NCBI GenBank assembly: GCA_963674945.2
Contig: CAXXWQ010000004.1
Coordinates: forward strand, 2,400,001-2,464,000
Direction: 5' to 3'
From: an uncultured Desulfosarcina sp.
GTDB lineage: Bacteria; Desulfobacterota; Desulfobacteria; Desulfobacterales; Desulfosarcinaceae
DNA length: 64,000 nucleotides
Program-made: the position numbers and the translations under genes
Notes under the pieces: model-generated
Seen by the model: only the letters and a program-made list of their open reading frames with translations
Told to the model about the DNA's origin: nothing
Database searches by the model: none
In this document: piece after piece, positions 9,768 through 19,641 of the stretch
Position numbering within the stretch: position 1 is the stretch's first letter
Layout: every line of letters starts with the position of its first letter

Positions 9768-10120
9768 TTGCCATCACGCCACACATGCGGATTTTTGTTG
9801 CAGTGGAGCCGGCTGATTTTCGAAAAGGCATCGACGGATTAGCCAAGCTTTGCCGTGACCATCTCAAGGCGGACCCATTTTCCGGTGCCGTATTTGTTTT
9901 TCGCAACAAACGGGCCACGGCATTGAAAATTATTGTATACGACGGCCAGGGATTCTGGCTTTGTCAAAAGCGGCTGTCGAAAGGGCGGTTTACCTGGTGG
10001 CCCAATGGCACGGATGATGTCTTGCGTCGGCTCAATGCGTATCAACTGCAATCGCTGATTTGGAACGGAGACCTTGCCACCATCGAGGTCGCCCCGCATT
10101 GGAAAAAGATTCATGCATAG
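9764..10120 (+). CDS. tnpB: IS66 accessory protein TnpB
   Basis: DFRKGIDGL...DPFSGAVFVFRN...YDGQGFWLCQKRL signature. Confidence 0.95.
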   Translation: MIAITPHMRIFVAVEPADFRKGIDGLAKLCRDHLKADPFSGAVFVFRNKRATALKIIVYDGQGFWLCQKRLSKGRFTWWPNGTDDVLRRLNAYQLQSLIWNGDLATIEVAPHWKKIHA

Positions 10121-10152
10121 GGGCTTGCGTTCCAGTAACGAGTGTGCTATGA

Positions 10153-11046
10153 ATGCCGACCATGGAAACGATTCTCACCTACCGCGGCAAAACCGTAACA
10201 GTTCAGGATGCGGCGTTTATCCAGCAGCTGATCGACCGAAACCCGAGCGACAGCCGAAGACGCCTTTCCGTCAAACTTTGCCAAGCCTGGGATTGGCGCC
10301 AAGCCAACGGCGCCTTTCGGGATATGGTCTGCCGGGGCTTGATGCTCGCTCTTCACCGGGCCGGGCACATTCGATTGCCGGCCAAAAAAATGACCCCGAA
10401 CAATCCTTTGGCCAGACGAAAAGAGCCTGAGAACATCACCATTGAGCGATGCCCGATAGAAAGCAAGCTGTCAGCCATTACCCCCCTTACATTCCGACAG
10501 GTTCGCCGAACCGATGCCGAACCGTTGTTCAACAGCTTGTTGGAACAGTACCATTATTTGGGCTACACCCAGCCGGTCGGTGAACACCTGAAATACATCG
10601 TTTATTCTCAAAAGCGGCCCATCGCGTGCCTGTCCTGGTCATCGGCCGCCAGGCATATCGGATGCCGTGACCGGTTCATCGGTTGGTCCCAGCATCGGCG
10701 AATGGCGAACCTGCATTTGATGGCATACAACAGCCGCTTTTTGATATTGCCCTGGGTTCGCGTATCACACCTGGCCTCTCATATTCTGGGGCGGATGCGT
10801 CGTATCCTGCCAACGGATTGGCAAGCGATATACAATCATCCCATTTATTATCTGGAAACCTTCGTGGACAAGGACCGGTTTGCCGGCACCTGTTACAACG
10901 CCGCCAACTGGATTTACCTGGGAGATACCACCGGCCGTGGGAAGAATGACCAAACCCACCGGCCGAACCGATCCATCAAAGCGGTTTGGGGATATCCGCT
11001 GGTCAAGATGTTCAGATCTCGTCTTACCGCAGGAAAAAGCGCATGA
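10153..11046 (+). CDS. DUF4338 (DruA-like) domain protein inside IS66
   Basis: YHYLGY...GEHLKY...RDRFIGW...NSRFLILPWV...LETFVD.DRFAGTCY.AANW..LG.T.GRG motifs. Confidence 0.85.
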   Translation: MPTMETILTYRGKTVTVQDAAFIQQLIDRNPSDSRRRLSVKLCQAWDWRQANGAFRDMVCRGLMLALHRAGHIRLPAKKMTPNNPLARRKEPENITIERCPIESKLSAITPLTFRQVRRTDAEPLFNSLLEQYHYLGYTQPVGEHLKYIVYSQKRPIACLSWSSAARHIGCRDRFIGWSQHRRMANLHLMAYNSRFLILPWVRVSHLASHILGRMRRILPTDWQAIYNHPIYYLETFVDKDRFAGTCYNAANWIYLGDTTGRGKNDQTHRPNRSIKAVWGYPLVKMFRSRLTAGKSA

Positions 11047-12602
11047 CACCGCCGCCCATCGAACTTTCGGCCGAGGAGCTTAACGCACTGATCGATCGGG
11101 TCAAATCTCGCAGCCTTTTGGATAAGGATTATGCAACTATTGCGGCCATGGGCGAGACGATCAACGTGTTGAGTCACAGTGTGGATGAAAAAGCCGCATC
11201 CATCAAACGCTTGCTGAAAATGATCTTCGGCGCATCCACGGAAAAAACCGATACCATTGTCAAAAAACGAAAACCGAAGAGCGCTGATAAAACGCCCAAG
11301 GCCAAGAAAAAAGGCCATGGCCGAAATGGGGCTGATGATTACACCGGTGCCGAGAAGATCACGGTGTCTCATGGTGAGCTTAAACATAAAGATCCGTGCC
11401 CGCTTTGTCCCAAGGGCAAGGTCTATGTATATAAACAGCCCAAAACCCTCATCCGTGTCACCGGCACCTCGCCGTTAACAGCGTCGATATACGAGCTGGA
11501 AAAATTGCGCTGTAATCTGTGTGGAGAGATTTTTACGGCCGATGCCCCACGGGATGTCGGCGAGGAAAAATACGATGCATCCGCCGGAGCAATGATTGCT
11601 CTTTTAAAATATGGCAACGGCTTTCCTTTCTACCGGCTTCAAAATCTGCAGGACAGTATCGGCATACCGCTGCCTGCATCGACCCAATGGGATATTGTCA
11701 GGGATTTTTATTGGCACGCCTACCCGGCCTTTGATGAACTGATCCGGCAAGCGGCTGGCGCAAAGCTGATCCATAATGACGACACCACCATGAAAATTCT
11801 TTCTTTGGTCAACGAAACACAAGATGCCAAAAGAAAGGGCATTTTTACCAGCGGCATGGTGGCGGTGTCGGACGATCACAAAATCGGGCTGTTTTTTACC
11901 GGAAACAACCATGCCGGAGAAAACCTGGCGGATCTACTTACCAAGCGCCAGGCCGATCTGGGTCCGCCGATCCAGATGTGCGACGCGCTGTCGAGAAATG
12001 TGCCCAAGGATTTTGAAACCCTTTTGGCCAACTGCATCTCACATGGAAGGCGGCGCTTCGTGGATGTATACGATAACTTCCCGGACGAATGCACTCATGT
12101 ACTCAACGTGTTGGGCAAGGTGTATAAAAACGATGCCGATGCCAGGGAGCAAAACCTTTCTGACGATCAGCGCCTCGAATACCATCGGAACCATAGCGGT
12201 TCGTTGATGAAGGATCTTAGAGACTGGTTTGATGAGCAGTTCGAGGAAAAAAATGTGGAGCCCAACTCCGGGCTTGGCCAGGCCATCAAGTATATGTGCA
12301 ACCACTGGGAGAAACTGACCCTGTTTTTACGTCAGCCGGGTGCCCCGTTAGACAATAATGTTTGTGAACGCGCCTTGAAAAAAGCGATTTTGAATCGGAA
12401 AAACGCCTTGTTCTACAAGACTGAACGTGGTGCCCGAGTCGGTGACCTGTTTATGAGCCTGATCCACACCTGCGAACTATGCACTGCAAATCCTTTTGAC
12501 TATCTGGTTGCCATCCGGGAACACTCAGAGCAGGTGAAAGCCCGCCCGGATCAATGGATGCCGTGGAATTATGAACGGCAGACCTCTGAAATCAACTCCT
12601 AA
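11043..12602 (+). CDS. tnpC: IS66 DDE transposase TnpC
   Basis: Zn finger CPLC/CNLC, HNDDT, MCDAL, LDNNVCERALK; ATGA overlap with the DUF4338 gene. Confidence 0.93.
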   Translation: MTPPPIELSAEELNALIDRVKSRSLLDKDYATIAAMGETINVLSHSVDEKAASIKRLLKMIFGASTEKTDTIVKKRKPKSADKTPKAKKKGHGRNGADDYTGAEKITVSHGELKHKDPCPLCPKGKVYVYKQPKTLIRVTGTSPLTASIYELEKLRCNLCGEIFTADAPRDVGEEKYDASAGAMIALLKYGNGFPFYRLQNLQDSIGIPLPASTQWDIVRDFYWHAYPAFDELIRQAAGAKLIHNDDTTMKILSLVNETQDAKRKGIFTSGMVAVSDDHKIGLFFTGNNHAGENLADLLTKRQADLGPPIQMCDALSRNVPKDFETLLANCISHGRRRFVDVYDNFPDECTHVLNVLGKVYKNDADAREQNLSDDQRLEYHRNHSGSLMKDLRDWFDEQFEEKNVEPNSGLGQAIKYMCNHWEKLTLFLRQPGAPLDNNVCERALKKAILNRKNALFYKTERGARVGDLFMSLIHTCELCTANPFDYLVAIREHSEQVKARPDQWMPWNYERQTSEINS

Positions 12603-14018
12603 CCGTGGGCAGGGGCTTATCACCCTGCCTACGTAGCCATTCTGTCAGCACCGTAGCCCCGCCTTGAGAAAAATCTGCTTACGCACCGTTGCCGAAAGGA
12701 CACCTTAATTCAAAATGAAGCGGTCTTATGAAAAAGATTATTGCATCACCGATAGCCCTGTGACCAGCAGCACCTGCTGCGTCTTTGGAAAGTCGAGCCT
12801 GAACTGTTCGGTTAGAGATAACGTTTGTAGCGACTTTTTTGTTAACGTTCTTATCGATGGACGCTCTTGCCTCTCGGCTTTTTTCAAGCATCTTTGCCTT
12901 TAGTTCATCAGGCAGATTTTCCTTGTCTCTTTCAACAAATTTCTCATTAGTTATTCCGCCCTTGTGACGGTTTATCTGGCAGCTAGTTACGGCCAAGTTG
13001 CTTTCATCATTCAATATTTCTTTAATATCTCCAGAGTTGAGCGCCTTATTTTTTTTCAACTCGTTACATACTATTGTACATGGGGTGATATGATCTGTCT
13101 CCGCGCTCTGGTGATGTATTTTCTGTTTAGGACTTAATCTACCTTCAATCTCAAAGGCCGTTTCGTTGTCCTTATATACAGTCTCTCCGGGAGCGTACTC
13201 GTCTTCAGCGGTATCACGACCAGCGAAATATTCTTTTTTATAATCTTCCATCTTTCCATGGTCACGCATATTTATTTGGTCTTCGCCTTCTCTTGTGAAA
13301 ACCCCGCCGTTATAATTCGACTTATTGTCAAAATCTTTTATATTATCTGTTTCGTTGAGGAACTCAGTGAACCTGTCCACCCTCGGATCAACATAATCGG
13401 TACCATCATAGGTGAAAGATTTACATTCACTGTATATTCGAGTCGCAGTAAGTCCCTGTCTGTTACCCAGCTTAAATGCTCGCATTGTACCATCAATCAG
13501 GCTTAAGAAAGCTGGTTCAATTAAAGCGTCTATTGCAGCTTCTTTATCATTGAATTTATTTAAGAAATCATGAACCTCTGAGTCAGAAACGCTTATCGTA
13601 TTCAAATCCACCTGGTTTGATTTAGCAAGCTCACTCATGCATAGATCTACCCGTTTGGAATCAGGTGCTTCTGATAAATGAGCTTTGACTAATTCAACAT
13701 TTATAAGGGTAGGTTTTTCAGGAGTCTTTTTAAGTCCTTTTGTTATTTGTTTCCGACGTTTAAATCTTTCTAATCTATCTGACATAAAACCGCCTTTTAT
13801 TTTAAGCTGTTTTTCTTAGCACTTGCCATGCTTCCCTAAACGCTATCTCTTTTTCATCCTCGTAGCCATCGGCACTGATAACTGAATCAATAAGATCATC
13901 GTAAGGGTCAAATAAACCCCATCTTCACATAGCCCAGATATTATGACATCATAGGCTTGGCAATGAAAATGTGTATGGGAGACGATTGTGAACCGGCCGG
14001 TAGAAAGTAAGAGAAGAA

Positions 14019-15578
14019 TCAATAGCGAAGGATCGCCAGCGTCTGTTTGTCGATATTTTTTGGCAAAAGCGCCAGATGGTCCTCCCGCGTCCTGGCCAGC
14101 GGAAGTTTGGCGAACAGGTATCGAAGATAGGCATAGGGTTCCAGCCCATTGGCTTTGGCCGTTTCGATCAAACCGAAGAAGGTGGCGCTGGCTTCCGCAC
14201 CCCGGGGCGCGCCGGAAAACAGCCAGTTCTTGCGACCCAACACGAATGGCCGGATGACATTTTCAGCCACATTGTTGTCGGGCTTCAGAAATCCGGCATT
14301 GATATAGACAACCAGTTTGTCCCATTGGTTTAGGCAATATTGGATCGCTTTGCCGAGAAGGCTTTTCGGAGGAGCTTGCCAATGGTAGGTGTCCAGCCAG
14401 GTTTTAAATTGTTTCAGAATCGGCTTGGCCTTTTCCTGTCGCAGGTCACGGATCTGTTCATACGACAAATCCTTGTCTCGCGCATACCGTTCTATGCCAT
14501 ACAATGCGCCAATGTAATCCAGCGCCTCGTCGGCAAGCCCCTTGGCTGCTTTTTGTTTGCCGCGCGCCTTGCGCCCTTTGTTCACCTCGACAAATTTACG
14601 TCGGGCATGGGTCAGGCAACCTAAATGGATGATCCCTTGCTTTTGGGACAGCTGATCATAGCCGCTGTAGCCGTCGCTTTGAACATAGCCCGAATAGTCT
14701 TCTATCATATCTTGCACTACCTTCCCACTACGGGTGGGATGATACTGGTAAAGCACCACAGGGGCATCCAACGGGCCGCCACAAAACACCCACATATACG
14801 ATTTTGTTGTATTGCTGCGGCCCGGTTCCTGAAGCACCTGAAACGGACTTTCATCGATATTGATCACAGGACCGCTTCGAATCTCCTGATGCATCAATTC
14901 GACGATCGGCTGGCAGCAACCGGCGGCCTGAATCATCCAATTGGCCATGGTTGACCGTGAGATGTCAACGCCCAGACGGTCAAATATCTTTTGTTGGCGA
15001 TGCAGGGGAAGCGCATCGGCGAATTTTGAGACAGCGATGTGGGCCAGCAGTCCCTCAGTGGCGTTGCTCTTGGGAATCAGTTGTTCTGGCGGCGGAGCGA
15101 TCCTAACGGTGGGGCCGTCATCCTCGACGCCTTCGCAGGCCTTGCAGGCGTATTTGGGGCGGATGTGACGGATCACCTGGATTTTTGCCGGGATATAATC
15201 GAGCTTCTCACAGGTCTCTTCGCCGATACGGCTCAGTTCAACTCCGCAAGCACACCGTTTCTCGGCCTCAGGGATATCGTGCAGGACCTCGACGCGGGGC
15301 AGATCCTCAGGCAACGGTTTGCGGCCACGCTTTTTGCGGGTGTGCTCCGGGACGGTGATGTCGTCATCGGCAAGGACGGGCTCTGCGGTTTCGTCGGGTT
15401 TGAACAACTGGAGTTGGTTGGGATTGACGGCCGGCAAAACTTCACTTTTGCGACCGAACAGCTCGTTCTTCAGCAGACGTACCATTTCTTGCAGATGGTC
15501 GATTTGCTGCTGCTGAGAAGAGATAATCTCCTTAAGCGATTGGGCGTCATCGGGCAGGTTGTTCGATTCCGAAAGCAT
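14019..15578 (-). CDS. tnpC: IS66 transposase TnpC
   Basis: FGRKSE, IDES, QSDGYSGY, PDNNVAEN.IRP...GRKNWLF. Confidence 0.95.
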   Translation of the reverse strand: MLSESNNLPDDAQSLKEIISSQQQQIDHLQEMVRLLKNELFGRKSEVLPAVNPNQLQLFKPDETAEPVLADDDITVPEHTRKKRGRKPLPEDLPRVEVLHDIPEAEKRCACGVELSRIGEETCEKLDYIPAKIQVIRHIRPKYACKACEGVEDDGPTVRIAPPPEQLIPKSNATEGLLAHIAVSKFADALPLHRQQKIFDRLGVDISRSTMANWMIQAAGCCQPIVELMHQEIRSGPVINIDESPFQVLQEPGRSNTTKSYMWVFCGGPLDAPVVLYQYHPTRSGKVVQDMIEDYSGYVQSDGYSGYDQLSQKQGIIHLGCLTHARRKFVEVNKGRKARGKQKAAKGLADEALDYIGALYGIERYARDKDLSYEQIRDLRQEKAKPILKQFKTWLDTYHWQAPPKSLLGKAIQYCLNQWDKLVVYINAGFLKPDNNVAENVIRPFVLGRKNWLFSGAPRGAEASATFFGLIETAKANGLEPYAYLRYLFAKLPLARTREDHLALLPKNIDKQTLAILRY

Positions 15579-15641
15579 GCCTGATACATAGCATAACCAA
15601 TTGAATTTGTACACACTTATTTTACTTCCAGGTGGATGTTC

Positions 15642-15989
15642 TCAGCTTGCATAACGGTAGTTTAAACGCACATGAGCATTCGTATAATCCAGTCCGGCGA
15701 GAAGCCATTCCAGTTCTTTCGCACTAAGGGAAACGACTTCTTTTGTGGTTGTTGGCCAGTGGAAACGGTGCTTCTCCAGCCGTTTGAGCCAGAGAGCAAA
15801 TCCATTTTTATCCCAGTATAAAATTTTTATCATGTTCCGACGCCGATTGCAGAAGACGAACAGGTCCCCTTCGAAGGGATTCAAATCCATGGCCTGTTCC
15901 ACCAAAACCGAAAGCCCGTTGATCGATTTGCGCATATCGGTATTACCCACGGCCAGAAAGACCCTTTTGGGATTGGTGGGCAACATCAT
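15642..15989 (-). CDS. tnpB: IS66 TnpB
   Basis: TDMRKSINGL...LFVFCNRRR...KILYWD.NGF.LW.KRLE. Confidence 0.95.
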   Translation of the reverse strand: MMLPTNPKRVFLAVGNTDMRKSINGLSVLVEQAMDLNPFEGDLFVFCNRRRNMIKILYWDKNGFALWLKRLEKHRFHWPTTTKEVVSLSAKELEWLLAGLDYTNAHVRLNYRYAS

Positions 15990-16315
15990 AATGTAGCCAC
16001 CATTGCAACAAGCTTGTTGATTTCTATCGATCCGTTTTGATCATCGACTTCGATGGTAAATCCGTTGGGGGTATGAATACGAACGGATGGATGTTTCCTC
16101 GTCGCTGATCCGTTGAGCGCAACCGGCAAAAAAGTAACTCGGGTTTTATCAACGGGCATGATGCGCCGTTTCCAATCGTAAAACCGATGGAGAATGAGAT
16201 CGTTTTTTTTACAATAGGCCCTTTGGCTTAGGCTGCTGATCTTCCATTTCTCGATATGATTTTCCCAAAATTTTCGCCTTTGCTTGGAATCGAATGAATC
16301 ATAGTCTTCAGGCAT
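15986..16315 (-). CDS. tnpA: IS66 TnpA
   Basis: FWENHIEKWK.S.LSQRAYC.......FYDWKRR HTH. Confidence 0.9.
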   Translation of the reverse strand: MPEDYDSFDSKQRRKFWENHIEKWKISSLSQRAYCKKNDLILHRFYDWKRRIMPVDKTRVTFLPVALNGSATRKHPSVRIHTPNGFTIEVDDQNGSIEINKLVAMVATL

Positions 16316-16969
16316 GATATCTTCTCCTTTCTTTGGGGAAACACATTGCCATGCCTGAACAATTTTGTGAAGATGGGGTTAATAAACCGCTTACAGATCA
16401 TCAACATCTTTCCATCCTTTTTCAGTCATATCGGCTTTTTTGAGGAAATCATAGGCGGTTGATAACGAAGGAGGATTTTCGGATAGCATCTTTATTTGTT
16501 TCTTCACATTCTCCGGGAATTTGTTTGACAAAACCCCACATACAAATTCTTCGATTTCCTTTGATTCTTCTTCAGAAATATTTCCATCGGCATTGGCTGT
16601 TGCAATTCCGATCGCATGCATAGCAATGATATAGTCGTGGATCTTTGTTGTGTCTTTCAGAGCCTCGTTAATTTTTGCTACAAGTTTATTTCTCTCAATC
16701 TCGTGTGCTGCCTTCTGTTCATTGAGCTTATCTTCTTCATCTTTCTTTTCAAAATCTGAAAGAGCTTTACCGGCGGCTGCGCCCACGACACCAGCACCTG
16801 CTGCCGTTGCGATGGTCCCAGTTCCTGATAAAGATGCAAGCAAGCCAATAGTCCCGAACAAAGAACCGCCACCAGTGAAAGGAACAGCAGCGACTGTACC
16901 AACTCCAATAACTGTTCCCATCAAGATTTTCATGTACCCCATATCTAATCCCCCATAAAATGAGTTTAA

Positions 16970-18605
16970 CCTGAATCAGTGGCCTAATTTTTGCTGTTAG
17001 GATTGGCGCGGGGCGATTGCCTCACACACCATCATTTGTTGATAATTTTTCTCACTATTTTCAAATTTCGAAGGAATTTTGCTCCTGTTTCTCATTCTTT
17101 AGCCATAGCAAATCACCAAGCAAATGCCTGTAAAATTGTTCTTTTAAAAATTATAGCTACTTCATAGCGGAAAGCAAATTCAGACGAAGATAAATCCGAT
17201 CCATCAGTTTGGAAAATGGATTGAGTTGGCCAAAGGATATGTACCATTTTCTACTTCTGGTTACTAATCGACCGGCCATATACATCAAGTCCTGCATGAC
17301 TGTCCGGATTCGACGCCGGGTAACTTTCTTCCGGCGTATACCGGGCAATTCAGTCGGATCACTCTCTTCGATGCTGATTTGTCCGATAATCCGTAGCATG
17401 TTGTACGTCAGCATCGCCAAATGAAGAATCAAGCTATTGGTGGAAAAATGACCGCTCGGCAAGCGCTCCAGGCCCATGTCGGATTTGAGTTCGGAGTGAA
17501 ACTGCTCGCTGGTACCGTGATCGTGATAAAGTCGAATCACCTCATCCGGTGGCAACTGTGCGAGGCTGCACCAATAGGTATCGATCTGATACTCGGGGAA
17601 CAGCAGTACTTGGCCCTTTTTGGTATGCCTTTCGGTAACCTCAAAGATGATTGGGTAGCGCAATGGATTGCCGTTGATGTCTTCAATCGTCTTTCCGATC
17701 CATACACATTTTCCTGAGCGGCAATGCTGTTGCTTGCCGGATTTTTTTGCCAGATCAACCCACTTTTGAACAGATTCTCTACGCAAATTGCGTTTGATGA
17801 TAAAGTGGACATTCTTTCGTGAATCGTCAGGAAAGTTGTCTTGACTGTCGTTTCCTGAATCCAACCTCATCAAAATAGGCTGATCGGTAATTTGCCTGGC
17901 ATAATCCAAGGTGGCGTTGATAAATTCGGGGGTGTTTTTCTGGCAGTGTTGTTTTCCTTCTCTGAACTCAAGATTCACCAGATACCCCTCGGTGCCCAGG
18001 TAGGCAAAGATCGGAGCGAAGCCATCCGTGCCTTTGTAGGTTCTGGAAACGCCTTCCTTTTGAGTCTTTGAGTTGTCAAACGGACTCACATCCATATCCA
18101 AAGGAAGGAAATCACCCGCACTGGTTTGGATGGGTGAAATCGCCGGAGCGCAGGATCGAACCAAATCAACGCCTGCATCCTTAATCAGCTTATCGGCTTG
18201 GTTGCCGATCAAATCGATTCGCTGACGCAATGTCGGGCTTGACGGGCATGCACGATTGCCAATGGCCTTGTTGAAAAATTCTTGCTTCTCACGAAAAATC
18301 TCGATCGCATCGTAATCAGGTTTACCAATACTCATGAGAGCAATCATCGAAGCTAAAATGTCACCATGAGAAATTTTCGGGTCTACACAATGGACGCCGT
18401 TGATCTTTTCGAAACGGAACCTGAAATTTATCGCATCAAGTAATGCGCCGATATTGATCAATCCGCTATGACTGGCAAGTTTTTCCATCTCGTGTTTTAT
18501 GGTGATCGGACGCCGCATTGATTTCACCTCCGAAGTGAGCGTTTAGTGCCCTAATATTACCATAATATATATGTTTTATCAATTGGTTATAGTGTTTTAA
18601 TCAGG
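16970..18605 (-). mobile_element. IS1380-family element; ends tentative, no matching TSD
   Basis: Both putative ends begin CCTGA (16970; reverse complement at 18605); flanks TTAA vs TTTT do not match. Confidence 0.6.
17157..18518 (-). CDS. IS1380-family DDE transposase
   Basis: LDMDVSPFDNS..KEGVSRTYKG, RLDSG, YHDHGTSEQFHSELKSD; SD GGAGGTG. Confidence 0.92.
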   Translation of the reverse strand: MRRPITIKHEMEKLASHSGLINIGALLDAINFRFRFEKINGVHCVDPKISHGDILASMIALMSIGKPDYDAIEIFREKQEFFNKAIGNRACPSSPTLRQRIDLIGNQADKLIKDAGVDLVRSCAPAISPIQTSAGDFLPLDMDVSPFDNSKTQKEGVSRTYKGTDGFAPIFAYLGTEGYLVNLEFREGKQHCQKNTPEFINATLDYARQITDQPILMRLDSGNDSQDNFPDDSRKNVHFIIKRNLRRESVQKWVDLAKKSGKQQHCRSGKCVWIGKTIEDINGNPLRYPIIFEVTERHTKKGQVLLFPEYQIDTYWCSLAQLPPDEVIRLYHDHGTSEQFHSELKSDMGLERLPSGHFSTNSLILHLAMLTYNMLRIIGQISIEESDPTELPGIRRKKVTRRRIRTVMQDLMYMAGRLVTRSRKWYISFGQLNPFSKLMDRIYLRLNLLSAMK

Positions 18606-18799
18606 TTTTGTGCCACGGAAACAGGTTTGACATAAAAGTTGTTTTTTTCCCACTCGTTAAGATCCATACCCTCTATAATGCTGGCGATTATGCGGTGTTG
18701 CTTCCCAAGCCCCCTGGCGAGCTTTAGACTCGTTGTAACCGGTACGCCTTTAGAATTAAGAACCACTAAATCAGTGTCGTTTGATGCTAAAAATTTCAT
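18606..18799 (-). pseudogene. Rha-family phage regulator, N-terminal fragment truncated by IS1380
   Basis: PVTTSLKLARGLGKQHRII..I matches the Rha TTSxxxAxxFGKxHxxV pattern; frame runs into the IS end. Confidence 0.65.
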
Positions 18800-19103
18800 C
18801 TGTTATCCTTTCGGAATTCGAAGCACATGCTCCGAGGTTAAAAACGTCCTCTAATTGGGACAAAAAATCATAGCTATCGTTTAACAGCTGTGTAGCCTGC
18901 CGGCGCTCAGCTATGGAATCGGCAGAATAATAACCGTGTTTCAAAGCGTTTACGTTTCCTACCGGGGCACCACTGCCAGCCGCTCCTCCATGCATCCTGC
19001 AACGCCGTTTACCTTTCACGGGCGGGTTTCTGCAAGGAGAACCACTTCGGGTTTTTGCACCACAGCGCAATACTGCAAGGGGTTGATCCACCGCTTTTTT
19101 CAT
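18771..19103 (-). CDS. HGGxSTG-type Zn-ribbon protein (phage/satellite-associated, small-terminase-like motif)
   Basis: RCGAKTRSGSPC.....G..RCRMHGG..GSGAP.GN.NALKHG. Confidence 0.85.
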   Translation of the reverse strand: MKKAVDQPLAVLRCGAKTRSGSPCRNPPVKGKRRCRMHGGAAGSGAPVGNVNALKHGYYSADSIAERRQATQLLNDSYDFLSQLEDVFNLGACASNSERITDEIFSIKRH

Positions 19104-19639
19104 TTCCGTCCACCGCTTTCCACATTTCCGACGATTGCCTGTTCGGCGTTAACCACGACTTGACCGACCGACATCCGTCGTGACCCCTGCGAGTATTTTC
19201 CAAATGCCTCAAGTTGCTGGAGGTACATACGCATTAACCGCATGGCTAAATTGAGATATTTCTGAGCAGTTTCCGGAAATCCGCTGTCAGCTGCCCGTCT
19301 TAAAAAATGCATCGCCTGGAGATGTACGCACTCAATTTGACAGGCCAATTGGGCCTCTATAACATCCCTCGGACCGATCTCTGATATAGCCGCAATCAGT
19401 GCATTGATAACGGATTCCCTGTCGGATCCAATGTTGGCAGTAGCCTGGTTGAGCAATTGCAGTTGGGTGAGAGCCAATTTTGAATTTTCGGTCCCAAACA
19501 CCCTGGTAAGGTTGGCAACCCATTGGTCAAAGTTTGAATTTTCGCCGAGGGCCGGAGAGGGTAGGCCTTCTTGGTCGATCCTGATTTCCGGGAAGTTGTG
19601 CTTTCTTTGTCGGTGTTCTGATACAGTGACAGCCGTCAT
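19100..19639 (-). CDS. Helical hypothetical protein of the type usually found next to HGGxSTG genes
   Basis: PRDVIEAQLACQ...H..AM......A.RL.R.Y..QLE....Y......V..V.V....AIVGNV; SD GGAG; ATGA overlap. Confidence 0.75.
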   Translation of the reverse strand: MTAVTVSEHRQRKHNFPEIRIDQEGLPSPALGENSNFDQWVANLTRVFGTENSKLALTQLQLLNQATANIGSDRESVINALIAAISEIGPRDVIEAQLACQIECVHLQAMHFLRRAADSGFPETAQKYLNLAMRLMRMYLQQLEAFGKYSQGSRRMSVGQVVVNAEQAIVGNVESGGRK

Positions 19640-19641
19640 TA

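Larger units (their letters stand above)
9273..12703 (+). mobile_element. IS66-family element (3431 bp) carrying an extra DUF4338 gene
   Basis: Imperfect IRs GTGTGTTTTCGGCAAGCGTGC / GTGTCCTTTCGGCAACGGTGC; 8-bp TSD CTTAATTC at 9265-9272 and 12704-12711. Confidence 0.92.
8667..13785 (-). pseudogene. HNH-like nuclease + C-terminal membrane-helix protein (559 aa when rejoined), interrupted by IS66
   Basis: 13785-12704 plus 9264-8667 = 1680 nt, in frame (...PLHFELR|DCLTNG...). Contains ETDHITP...NLAVTSCQINRHKG and a hydrophobic C-terminus. Confidence 0.85.
13901..16394 (-). mobile_element. IS66-family element (2494 bp)
   Basis: IRs GTAAGGGTCAAATAAACCCCATCTTCACA / GTAAGCGGTTTATTAACCCCATCTTCACA; 8-bp TSD AGATCATC at 13893-13900 and 16395-16402. 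Confidence 0.95.
13802..16942 (-). pseudogene. TerB-like protein with a Gly/Ala-rich hydrophobic N-terminus (212 aa when rejoined), interrupted by IS66
   Basis: 16942-16395 plus 13892-13802 = 639 nt, in frame (...KDVDDL|IDSVISADGYEDEKEIAF...). Two TerB ADG..E motifs (ANADGNISEEE, ISADGYEDEKE). Confidence 0.85.

Noticed and set aside
10153..11046. Druantia defence system
   Set aside because: Only a DUF4338 gene inside IS ends; no DruE helicase or other dru genes.
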